Assembly: GCA_003141955.1 (NCBI GenBank)
Contig: PLOC01000115.1
Span: forward strand, 1,864 to 65,863
DNA: 64,000 nucleotides
Reading direction: 5' to 3'
DNA from: Chloroflexota bacterium
Lineage (GTDB): Bacteria; Chloroflexota; Limnocylindria; Limnocylindrales; CSP1-4
The translations under genes and the position numbers were made by a program. The notes under the pieces were generated by a model. That model was not told the origin of the DNA, did not search any database, and saw nothing but the letters and a program-made list of their open reading frames with translations. This document shows, piece by piece, positions 45,425-53,691 of this stretch. The first letter of the stretch is position 1. Every line of letters begins with the position of its first letter.

Positions 45425-46236
45425 GCCACGCTCTTCCCTGCCAGGGAGCGGCTCCACGCGGCGGCGCTCGTCTCGGTAACGTCGGCCTGGGGCTTGCCGT
45501 CCAGCGTTACGAGCGGCGAAGCCGCGCCGGGGGTATGGGTGGGCAGCTGCTCGAGCGCCACGCCACCCGCCGGCCCGCCGCCGAGCTTCGTCCCAAGCCC
45601 CTCGCCGATCGCGTTCGCGATTCGGCCGGACCCGGCGAGCAGGCAGCTGGTGCAGCGGCAGACCGCGACGGTTCGGGCCTGTCGCTCGAAGCTCAGGTGG
45701 CTGTAATAGGTTGCCGTCCCGTACACGAGTGCGTACGAGGCGCCGGTGACGTGGCTGATATGCTTGATCGCGGCAATCGGCAGATAGCCATACGCCGCCT
45801 GGACCTCTTCGAGGATCGGCAGCATGTTGCCCGGGTCGTAGTCGCGGGCCTCCAGGATCTCCTCGACCGCGACCAGGTCGATCGGCCCGAAGTGCGTGAA
45901 CGCCTGGTCGGGCACCGGCCGGCCGGAGCGCCGCAGGGCGGACTCCTCGCGCCGCTCGCCGTACGTCTCGGCCGGGCCCCAATGGGTGTAGAAGCGGCCC
46001 TTGGTGTCGTGGCCGCCCATGTCGATGCATTCCACCGGGCAGGCCTGGGCGCACTGGAAGCACGTCTCGCACTTGAGGTTGCCGAACTCGTCGTACAGCA
46101 GCTGCAGCCGGCCGCGGAAGCGGACTGCGATGTCCGGCTTCGTCTCGGGGTACTGGATCGTCGCCTTTGGCGCGAAGAAGCGGCGCAGCGTCAGCGCCAT
46201 TCCCTTCGCGATGCCGAGGCCGGGGATGAAGCTCAT
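45421..46236 (-). CDS. Fusion of the NuoI N-terminal half (one 4Fe-4S motif) to a NuoE-like thioredoxin-fold domain
   Basis: The N-terminus is colinear with NuoI/Nqo9 (GMALTLRRFFAPKATIQYPETKPDIAVRFRGRLQLL...NLKCETCFQCAQACPVECI). It continues into NuoE-like LPILEEVQAAYGYLP...TATYYSHLSF...VAVCRCTSCLLAG. The ATG at 46236 overlaps the nuoH stop (ATGA). Confidence 0.8.
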   Translation of the reverse strand: MSFIPGLGIAKGMALTLRRFFAPKATIQYPETKPDIAVRFRGRLQLLYDEFGNLKCETCFQCAQACPVECIDMGGHDTKGRFYTHWGPAETYGERREESALRRSGRPVPDQAFTHFGPIDLVAVEEILEARDYDPGNMLPILEEVQAAYGYLPIAAIKHISHVTGASYALVYGTATYYSHLSFERQARTVAVCRCTSCLLAGSGRIANAIGEGLGTKLGGGPAGGVALEQLPTHTPGAASPLVTLDGKPQADVTETSAAAWSRSLAGKSVA

Positions 46237-47594
46237 CGCGGGATCACCGGTTGGTTGAGGATGATGATCGCGGCGGCCGTCACGAACAGGTTCAGGAGCG
46301 AGGCGGGCAGGAGCCATTTCCAGGCGAAGCCCATCAGCTGATCCACCCGGACTCGCGGCAGGGTGCCCCGCATCCAAACGAAGGTGAAGACGAAGACGTA
46401 GGTCTTGGCAAAGAACCAGAAGATGCCCTGGACCCAGTCGAAGGCGATGAAGCAGGCCAGGCCGACTGCGGCCGTGACGCCGGCGCCCGCGATCAGGAGG
46501 CCGAGCCCGAAGGCGCTCGGAGCGCTCCACTCCCGGCCGCCGATCAGCCAGATCGCCGCGCCCAGGATGTCCGTGGCCACCACCAGCGCGACGAGCGCGA
46601 TCGGGATCCAGAGAATGCCGATCCCGGCGGCGTCGAGCCAGTTGAGGTTGTACGGCCAGGGCCAGTTGATCGGGGCCGTCCAGCCGCCGAAGAAGAGCGT
46701 CACCAGCAGGGCCGAGATGATGAAGACGTTCACGTACTCGGCGAAGAAAAAGAAGCCGAAGCGCATCCCCGAGTATTCGGTGGCGAAGCCGGCGACGATC
46801 TCAGAGTCGGCCTCGGTCATGTCGAATGGGGTGCGGTTGGCCTCCGCCGTGGCGGCGATGAAGAAGATGAGCACCGCCAGGGGCTGCTTGAAGGCGAACC
46901 AGTCGAGAGCCGAGCCGGACTGCGACAGGACGATGCCGTTCATGCTCATCGTGCCGGCGAGCAGGACCACGCCCACGACGGAAATGGTCAGCGGGATCTC
47001 GTAGCTGACGATCTGCGCCGCCGAGCGGAGCCCGCCCAGGAGCGAGTACTTGTTGAAGCTCGCCCAGCCGGCCATGAGCAGGCCCAGGACGGCGAGGCCG
47101 CCCATGGCGAAGAAGTAGAGCACGCCGATGTTGAGGTCCTGGCCGAAGATGCCGGGCGCGAACGGGATGACCAGGAGGGTCATGACGCTGGCCAGGAAGG
47201 TGACGACCGGGGCCAGGGTGAAGACCGTCAGATCGGCGCCGGTGGGCGCGAAGTCCTCCTTGGAGAGGACCTTGAAGCCGTGGAACAGGCTCATCGCCGC
47301 ACCCCACGGGCCGATCCGGTTGGGGCCGACCCGCAGGTTCATGCGGGCGATGACCTTCAGCTCCATGTAGATCAGCACGAAGGCCGTCGGAATGGTCAGG
47401 ACCAGGATGCCCACGACGGCGACGACGAACCGGACCAGCGGCATGTTCGCCCCCAGGAAATCCATCGTGGGCGGCAGGATGAAGACGATACCCACGACGG
47501 TGCCGACGGCCAGCAGCACGGCCAGCGGCAGCAGGATCGCCGTCAGGCGGGCGGTCAGGGACATGCGGCCCCAGGTCCGAGCGGCGAGGGTCAT
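46233..47594 (-). CDS. nuoH: NADH-quinone oxidoreductase subunit H
   Basis: ELKVIARMNLRVGPNRIGPWGAAMSLFHGFKVLSKEDF...EYSGMRFGFFFFAEY. Confidence 0.92.
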   Translation of the reverse strand: MTLAARTWGRMSLTARLTAILLPLAVLLAVGTVVGIVFILPPTMDFLGANMPLVRFVVAVVGILVLTIPTAFVLIYMELKVIARMNLRVGPNRIGPWGAAMSLFHGFKVLSKEDFAPTGADLTVFTLAPVVTFLASVMTLLVIPFAPGIFGQDLNIGVLYFFAMGGLAVLGLLMAGWASFNKYSLLGGLRSAAQIVSYEIPLTISVVGVVLLAGTMSMNGIVLSQSGSALDWFAFKQPLAVLIFFIAATAEANRTPFDMTEADSEIVAGFATEYSGMRFGFFFFAEYVNVFIISALLVTLFFGGWTAPINWPWPYNLNWLDAAGIGILWIPIALVALVVATDILGAAIWLIGGREWSAPSAFGLGLLIAGAGVTAAVGLACFIAFDWVQGIFWFFAKTYVFVFTFVWMRGTLPRVRVDQLMGFAWKWLLPASLLNLFVTAAAIIILNQPVIPR

Positions 47595-47604
47595 CGGACG
47601 GCCC

Positions 47605-48906
47605 TCACTTGTCGATCCCGCCCAGGACCGGGTCGAGCGAGGCGACGATGGTCATCGTGTCCGCCAGCAGGTTGCCGGGCAGCAGCGTGGGCACCGTCTC
47701 CAGGTTCAGGAAGCTGGGGTCGTGGATGCGGAAGCGGAACGGCTGGTCCGAGCCGTCGCTGATCGTGTACACGCCGAGCATTCCTCTTGGCCCCTCGCAC
47801 GCGCCCCAGGCGCGCCCGGGCCGCGGCCGGAGCAGCCGTGGCAGCTTCGCCATGACCGGGCCGTCGGGCATGTTGTGGAGGCACTGGTCGATGATCTTGA
47901 TCGACTCGCGAACCTCGTCCACGCGGATCAGGTAGCGGGCCAGCGAGTCGCCCTCCAGGCGAGTCGGGACGTTGAAGTCGAGCTCCGGGTAGATGCTGTA
48001 CGGGTGGGCTCGTCGGATGTCGAACGGCACGCCGGCGGCGCGCAGGTTCCCGCCCGTGACCCCAAAGCGGAGGGCCGTGGCCCGGTCCAGGACGCCGACC
48101 CCCCGGGCCCGCCGGACGAAGATTTCGTTCTCGTTCAGCAGCCCGGCATTGGCCTCGGTCTGCCTCGCGGCACGGCTCATCCAGTCGCCCAGGCGGCTCA
48201 TGAACTCGTGATTGAGGTCGCCGTTCACGCCGCCGATTCGGAAGTAGTTGAACAGCATCCGCGCGCCGGTGAGGGCCGCGAGCATCTCCACGATCTCGTC
48301 GCGCTCGATGAAGCTGTAGAGGATCGGCGTCAGACCGCCCAGGTCCAGGGCCAGGAAGCCCATGTAGAGGGTGTGGCTGGCGACGCGCAGCAGCTCGCCG
48401 GAGAGGACCCGAATGTACTCAGCCCGTCGCGGCACCTCCACGTCCATGAGCTTCTCGAACGAGAGGACCGCGGCCCACTCCTGGAACAGAGAGCTGACGT
48501 ACTCGAGCGGATCCACCTGGTCGATGACGTGGTAGTAGTCCGAGTTCTCGCAGATCTTCTCGACGCCGCGGTGGAGATAGCCGAGGACCGGGTCCACGTC
48601 GACTATCTGCTCGCCCGAGAGCTTCAGGACGAGGCGAAGGACGCCGTGAGTGGCCGGGTGGTGCGGGCCGATGTTGATGAACATCTCCCCGTCGCCGCGG
48701 GTGTAGAACTCGCCCTCGCGTTCGGTCCGGGTGGGGTAGGGCGGGATCGGCTCGTACAGGTCCGCACCGACGTCGCGGTCGAGCATGATGCGCGGGTCGT
48801 CCTCGGAGCGGTGCTGCTCGGGCGGGCGCGGCTCCTGGGGTCGCGTCTCACCGCGGGTCTCGGCGCGGGCGGCGCGAGTCGTCGGGCGGGTGGGGCGGGC
48901 CGGCAT
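47605..48906 (-). CDS. nuoD: NADH-quinone oxidoreductase subunit D
   Basis: INIGPHHPATHGVLRLVLKLSGEQIVDVDPVLGYLHRGVEK. Carries a ~40-aa Arg/Pro-rich N-terminal extension if the start is 48906; an alternative ATG is at 48786. Confidence 0.92.
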   Translation of the reverse strand: MPARPTRPTTRAARAETRGETRPQEPRPPEQHRSEDDPRIMLDRDVGADLYEPIPPYPTRTEREGEFYTRGDGEMFINIGPHHPATHGVLRLVLKLSGEQIVDVDPVLGYLHRGVEKICENSDYYHVIDQVDPLEYVSSLFQEWAAVLSFEKLMDVEVPRRAEYIRVLSGELLRVASHTLYMGFLALDLGGLTPILYSFIERDEIVEMLAALTGARMLFNYFRIGGVNGDLNHEFMSRLGDWMSRAARQTEANAGLLNENEIFVRRARGVGVLDRATALRFGVTGGNLRAAGVPFDIRRAHPYSIYPELDFNVPTRLEGDSLARYLIRVDEVRESIKIIDQCLHNMPDGPVMAKLPRLLRPRPGRAWGACEGPRGMLGVYTISDGSDQPFRFRIHDPSFLNLETVPTLLPGNLLADTMTIVASLDPVLGGIDK

Positions 48907-48914
48907 CTATGGCC

Positions 48915-49472
48915 TCAGCTCGCCGGCGCCCGGCGGACGCCGGCCGCGGGATCGTCGGCCACGACGGCCGGGGCGTAGGGTCGCTCCACGTGCCGGACGC
49001 CCTCACCCGGGGATCGGGCCGCATCGTCGGGCAGGAGGAAATCCTTGCGGAGCGGGAAGCTCGTGTAGTCGGGCGGCATGAAGATGCGGCGCAGGTCGCG
49101 GTTGCCCTCGAAGACGATGCCGAACATGTCGTAGGCCTCGCGCTCGAGCCACTCCGCGCCGGTCCACAGGAACGTGGCGGAGGGGCATCGCGGGTCCTCG
49201 CGGGAGATCCCGTCGACGATGATGCGCAGCCAGTCCGGGCTGGTTTCGCTCCAGAGGTGGTACACGACCTGCATCGACTCGCCCGTGTCGACGCCGGCCA
49301 GATCCGCCAGGATCTCGAAGCGGAAATCGACGGAGTCGTGCAGGGTGCGGAGCACGTCCGGAACGTCGCCGGGCTGGATTCGGATTTCGGTCTGGTCGTG
49401 GCGCTGGCGAATCGGGCCCTGGATCTGCGTGCCCAGGCGCGCTTCCAGCCGGCGCTTGAGAGTTCGGTCCAT
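48915..49472 (-). CDS. nuoC: NADH-quinone oxidoreductase subunit C
   Basis: WTGAEWLEREAYDMFGIVFEGNRDLRRIFMPPDY..FPLRKDF. Confidence 0.92.
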   Translation of the reverse strand: MDRTLKRRLEARLGTQIQGPIRQRHDQTEIRIQPGDVPDVLRTLHDSVDFRFEILADLAGVDTGESMQVVYHLWSETSPDWLRIIVDGISREDPRCPSATFLWTGAEWLEREAYDMFGIVFEGNRDLRRIFMPPDYTSFPLRKDFLLPDDAARSPGEGVRHVERPYAPAVVADDPAAGVRRAPAS

Positions 49473-49475
49473 CGG

Positions 49476-50189
49476 TCAGATCTTGTCCGGTACGGTGGGG
49501 CCGATCTCGCGCTCGGGCCAGTGGCCGCGCTGATCCTTGACCAGCTGCCCGAGCTGGAGCATGCCGTAGATGAGGCCTTCGGGGCGAGGCGGGCAGCCCG
49601 GGATGTACACGTCCACGGGCATGACCCGGTCGATTCCCTGGACCGTCGAGTAGCTCCTCTTGTAGCGGCCGCCCGAGACGGTGCAGTCGCCGAGGGCGAC
49701 GCACCACTTGGGCTCCGGCATCTGCTCCCACAGCCGGATCAGCGGTCCTGACATCTTGGTGGTCAGGGTGCCGGCGACGATCAGCACGTCCGACTGTCGG
49801 GGCGACGCGCGGAACGGGAACATGCCCCAGCGGTCCATGTCGAACTTGCTGGTGGCACCCGACATCATCTCGAAGGCACAGCAGGCCAGGCCCGAGAGGA
49901 GCGGCCAGAGGCTGTTGGCCCGGATGAGGTCGAGGATGTAGTCCGCCCTGGTCGGAACGATCTGGAGCGCGCCCCAGCGCGCGTCGTCGCGGCGCCCGGC
50001 GTCGGTCAGGCCGAACTCGCGCAGGTGGGTGATCTCGGCCGGACGCCCGCCGTCGTACGCGAGCGGGTTGGCCGCCCGCCAGAGAGTGTTGGGAACGACG
50101 ATCGGCGCGCTCAGCTCGCCTGGAGCAAGGGGTGCGAGCTGACCCGGGGCCGCCTTGGCTCCCTTCGGCCCCCGGTCCCCTACCGCCAC
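49476..50189 (-). CDS. nuoB: NADH-quinone oxidoreductase subunit B
   Basis: SLWPLLSGLACCAFEMM...RQSDVLIVAGT...CVALGDCTVSGG...DVYIPGCPPRPE. The in-frame GTG at 50189 (10-nt overlap with nuoA) is preferred over the ORF-track start at 50300. Confidence 0.9.
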   Translation of the reverse strand: MAVGDRGPKGAKAAPGQLAPLAPGELSAPIVVPNTLWRAANPLAYDGGRPAEITHLREFGLTDAGRRDDARWGALQIVPTRADYILDLIRANSLWPLLSGLACCAFEMMSGATSKFDMDRWGMFPFRASPRQSDVLIVAGTLTTKMSGPLIRLWEQMPEPKWCVALGDCTVSGGRYKRSYSTVQGIDRVMPVDVYIPGCPPRPEGLIYGMLQLGQLVKDQRGHWPEREIGPTVPDKI

Positions 50190-50536
50190 GTCAGGACTCC
50201 CTTCCGCCAGGCGTAGGCCAATCCGAGCATGAGAACGAGCACGAAAGTGCCCATGCTCACCAGGCCGCCCAGCAGCAGACTTCGGAAGACGATCGCCCAC
50301 AGGAAGAGGAACACCACCTCCACGTCGAAGGCGACGAAGAGAAGGGCGTAGATGTAGAAGGACACACCGAACCTGCCCCAGGTGTCGCCGACCGTGTCGA
50401 TGCCGCTCTCATACGGCAAGCCCTTGTCGCCGTCGCCGCGGTTGCGGTGTGAGAGAACCCAGGCCAGGCCGATGACGAGGAATACGAAACCGACTCCCGC
50501 GGCGGCCAAGCCAAGGACGTACCAGATGCCGGTCAT
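50180..50536 (-). CDS. nuoA: NADH-quinone oxidoreductase subunit A
   Basis: 118 aa, three TM helices, LPYESGIDTVGDTWGRFGVSFYIYALLFVAFDVEVVFLF. ATG at 50536. Confidence 0.92.
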   Translation of the reverse strand: MTGIWYVLGLAAAGVGFVFLVIGLAWVLSHRNRGDGDKGLPYESGIDTVGDTWGRFGVSFYIYALLFVAFDVEVVFLFLWAIVFRSLLLGGLVSMGTFVLVLMLGLAYAWRKGVLTWR

Positions 50537-51458
50537 CTCTCTCCAGCCGTACCTGCCGTCCGCGGGGGGCGTTCCGCGGTGCACTCGGGCATAAGCGTTT
50601 GATCTCGGGACGCGGGGACGGGTTCGATGCCCGTTCCCTCGCGGTCCAGCCGAAAGTCTACCAGCAGGGCCGGGGGTGTCGGGAATCGCAGGTGCCGCCT
50701 GTGCGTGCGGGCAGACGGCCGGTGAGACGGCGGGGAGGGTTGGGCGTCCCAGAAAAGCCGGCGCGGGCGGCTCGGGGCTAGTCGTGCCGCCCGCGTCCCC
50801 GGCTAGGCCGTCAGTGGGGTAGCGACTGGCGGCTGCACACGGATCTTCGATATCAGCGGAGCCGGCGCGAGGAGGGGCCCGATCGCTCCAACGACCCGAC
50901 GGCCTCGTCGCGTTCCCACGCTCCGCCGCGTAGGTTGCCGCCATCGCCGAGGTCCGGCAATACGGGAGGTGCCCTATCGCTGGCCGGCCGAGACGCGTTC
51001 GCTCCCGCCGGGTCGGTCTTTGCCCAATATCAGCTCCGGCGATACAACGAAACGTGGACCGGGCTCCGACAGCCCGTGTGTCGCAGTTGTCTGGCGCTCG
51101 CGGCTATCACCGTCGGCCTGGGCGCGCTTTCTCGTGCCACGGCGCCTCTGGTCCCGACCCCCGACTTGCCTCTCTCACTTGGCATAGCCCCGGGTGTTGT
51201 TGAGGAATTGCGGCCGCGGGTCGAGGTTGACGAGACGACCTCCTGGCCCGCCAGACCGGAGCTGTCGTCCAGGTCGTGCCGTAGTCACCAGGGCAGACCA
51301 ACGCCTCGGCTGGCTTGACTCAATGCGCGACCCCGCCGATGCTCTCCTCCGTCGGAGCCAGGGGAACGACGTAGCAGAAGGCGGGGCTCCAGGTGGACAC
51401 TTCCGACGTCGGCGCGGTCAGAGGGTTTGGTGCTCGTCTCGTCTCTGCAGGCGGGGCG

Positions 51459-52415
51459 ATGGCTTATCGCCTGGCCTCTCTCGCACGACCCAGGAGGCAC
51501 GCCGCGGGTCGTTGGCCGATCGTCCCCCTGGTGACGGTTGCGATTCTGGTGGTGATTTCCCTCTGGTGGATGAGTTCGGTCAACCTGATCGACCCGCCGG
51601 GTGTGAAACTGACCCTCGACCAGATGGGCTCCGGTCCGGTCCCGGCCGGAACCGAGAGGGTCACGGTCTCCGGGTACACACGGGACTCACTCGTCGAGAC
51701 GAACGCACTCTACAACGGAGGCGTGGCTACCCAGGGCTTCAGCGTCTCCGTCCTCACCAACCAGGCGCGCACAGCCGGCCTCGTGGTCTTGTCTCCCGAG
51801 CCGCTCGGCGACCCCGGCTCTGAAGTCACGATCACGGGCGTACTCCAGGAATGGGCCCCAGACAATCCCTGGGAAGGCTGGGCTGCAATGGTGCTTCCCT
51901 CGGCCCAGCTGGTCCGGAACGCCTACATACAAGCCGACCCGACCCCGGCTTCGCCACTGTGGCTCGTTCCCGGTTTGGCTCTGCTGCTGCTCGCTGCATG
52001 GCTGCTCGCTGGCTGCCTGGCAGGCTATGTCGTCTTCATCCCGTCGCGGCTGGCGCCGGCGGCTTCCGGTGCCGCCTACCCAGGCCGCTACTCACAGGTC
52101 CGAGTTAGCGGTGCTGCGGTCGATCTCAAGGGACGCGGCGTCGCCTTACGCGAGGTCCCGATGGTGAAGCGGCCTGACTACGCGGCGGCGACGGCCGGCG
52201 TGACCTTGATCGACTGCAGCCTCGTTCCTTGGCTCGAGATCGATGTCAGCGCCATCTGTGAGGCTCGGCCTGGAGGTGTCTACCCGTGGCACGGGCCTCG
52301 ACCGGCAGTCCAGATCAGCATCGGCAAGAAACTGCTGGTGGTCAGCTTCGACGACTTCGCGGCTCGCGACGGCTGGCTCCGGGTTTTCGGTCAGGCCGCG
52401 CCGACCACGGACTAG
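51459..52415 (+). CDS. Hypothetical membrane protein (two TM helices)
   Basis: ATG at 51459. TM helices IVPLVTVAILVVISLWW and LVPGLALLLLAAWLLAGCLAGYVVF. No family recognised. Confidence 0.5.
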   Translation: MAYRLASLARPRRHAAGRWPIVPLVTVAILVVISLWWMSSVNLIDPPGVKLTLDQMGSGPVPAGTERVTVSGYTRDSLVETNALYNGGVATQGFSVSVLTNQARTAGLVVLSPEPLGDPGSEVTITGVLQEWAPDNPWEGWAAMVLPSAQLVRNAYIQADPTPASPLWLVPGLALLLLAAWLLAGCLAGYVVFIPSRLAPAASGAAYPGRYSQVRVSGAAVDLKGRGVALREVPMVKRPDYAAATAGVTLIDCSLVPWLEIDVSAICEARPGGVYPWHGPRPAVQISIGKKLLVVSFDDFAARDGWLRVFGQAAPTTD

Positions 52416-52473
52416 GGAGCCTTCAAGCCGAATACGAAGGCACACCGGCCCGCCGGTGGGTGTTCTGGCTCGT

Positions 52474-53691
52474 CTACCAACTGGCCGCGGGTCGAGCGGC
52501 CAGCGTCAGCACCCGGAAGCGGCCCATGTGGCGAGGATCGAGCATGCGGACGATGCCGGAGCGGGCACGCATGTAGTCGGCAACGGTGGTTGCGGGTGAT
52601 GCCTGAAGCCTCTGCAGCTCCGACTCCATGCCGGCGGCGATGAGGAATTCGGCCTGGGTGGTCAGAGCCACGGAACGGAGACCGCGCCGCTCCCCGAGGA
52701 GCGCAAGAGCGGTGAAGTCGACGTGGGCGGTCAGGTCGGTGAGCCCGACCTCCACGAACGGGTTCTCCTGAACGCGGTGGCCGCGATAGCCGAGCAGCGT
52801 CCCGGCGAGGCGGCGCGGGCCGTAGAGCTCGGCTGCTTCGCAGCCGTAGTCGATGGCCAGGACGTAACCGCGAGCCAGGCGGCGAGATACGTCGTCGAGC
52901 CACGGGGCGAGGCCGAGGCAGATCTCGCCGACCTGGCCCTCGGCGAGCTGGTCGGGCACGATCCCGTCGCCGGCGAGGCGGCCGGCGAGCTCGGGCGTGG
53001 ATGGCTCGGCCGGCACTTCGACGAAGCCCTCCCGCCACGCGACGAAGAGCTCGAGCAGCTTCCCGCCCCGGACGACGACGCGGTGGACCGGCAGGGCGTC
53101 GAGGAACTCGTTGGCAAGGATGACGCCGGTGACGGGCACGGGACCGTTCGACGGAGAGCCGGTTGGCGACAGGAGCCCGGCAAGGCTGGCCTTTTCGAAC
53201 CTTTCGCGGAGGTCGATCAGCCGGTTGGGGTTCGACTCGATCGGCTCGTATCGGATGGCCGCCAGCAGGTCGGTCGAGCCGTGGCGGCGCAGCCCCTCCA
53301 GGATCGCGAGCGCGAGCGTGCCCGACCCGGCGCCGTACTCGATCAGGTCGAGCGGCCGCGGCTCTCCCATCTCGGCCCACATCGCCTCGATCCGGCGGGC
53401 GATCGTCCAGCCGAAGATCGGGTGCGTCTCGGGCGCGGTCAGGAAGTCGCCGGCGTCGGTGGGGCGGTCCTCGGGCTGGCTGTAGTAGCCGAGCTCGGGC
53501 TCGTACAGGGCGCGTTCCATGAAGCAGGCGAAGGTGATTCGGCGGTAGGGAGTCGATTCGATCTCGTCCCGAATGAGGGCGGCCAGGCGGGCCGAACGGT
53601 CGGACGGAAGTTCGATTGAAGGATCGGTCGGAGGCCGGGGGCCGGAAGCCGACGGGAGCCCGGCCGGCGGAGGTAGACGATCGGGCGTCAT
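52474..53691 (-). CDS. SAM-dependent methyltransferase, MidA/NDUFAF7 (DUF185) family
   Basis: FMERALYEPELGYYS...GDFLTAPETHPIFG...LIEYGAGSGTLA...ILANEFLDALPVH...DLTAHVDF. The ATG at 53691 overlaps the upstream stop (ATGA). Confidence 0.8.
   Translation of the reverse strand: MTPDRLPPPAGLPSASGPRPPTDPSIELPSDRSARLAALIRDEIESTPYRRITFACFMERALYEPELGYYSQPEDRPTDAGDFLTAPETHPIFGWTIARRIEAMWAEMGEPRPLDLIEYGAGSGTLALAILEGLRRHGSTDLLAAIRYEPIESNPNRLIDLRERFEKASLAGLLSPTGSPSNGPVPVTGVILANEFLDALPVHRVVVRGGKLLELFVAWREGFVEVPAEPSTPELAGRLAGDGIVPDQLAEGQVGEICLGLAPWLDDVSRRLARGYVLAIDYGCEAAELYGPRRLAGTLLGYRGHRVQENPFVEVGLTDLTAHVDFTALALLGERRGLRSVALTTQAEFLIAAGMESELQRLQASPATTVADYMRARSGIVRMLDPRHMGRFRVLTLAARPAASW

Noticed and set aside
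50563-50642. tRNA-like T-arm (ACGGG-TTCGATG-CCCGT) with a possible 7-bp acceptor pairing, just upstream of nuoA.
   Set aside because: No credible D-arm or anticodon stem-loop can be drawn. The total length (80 nt to the discriminator) is off and two of the acceptor pairs are G-U. Most likely chance in GC-rich DNA; tRNAscan-SE would settle it.
50935-51823. ORFs 50935..51318, 50969..51187 and 51194..51823 in the large nuoA-upstream spacer as possible genes.
   Set aside because: No motifs and no Shine-Dalgarno. The composition is atypical (Arg/Pro/Ser-rich) and they overlap one another in different frames. I treat the region as non-coding pending transcript data.
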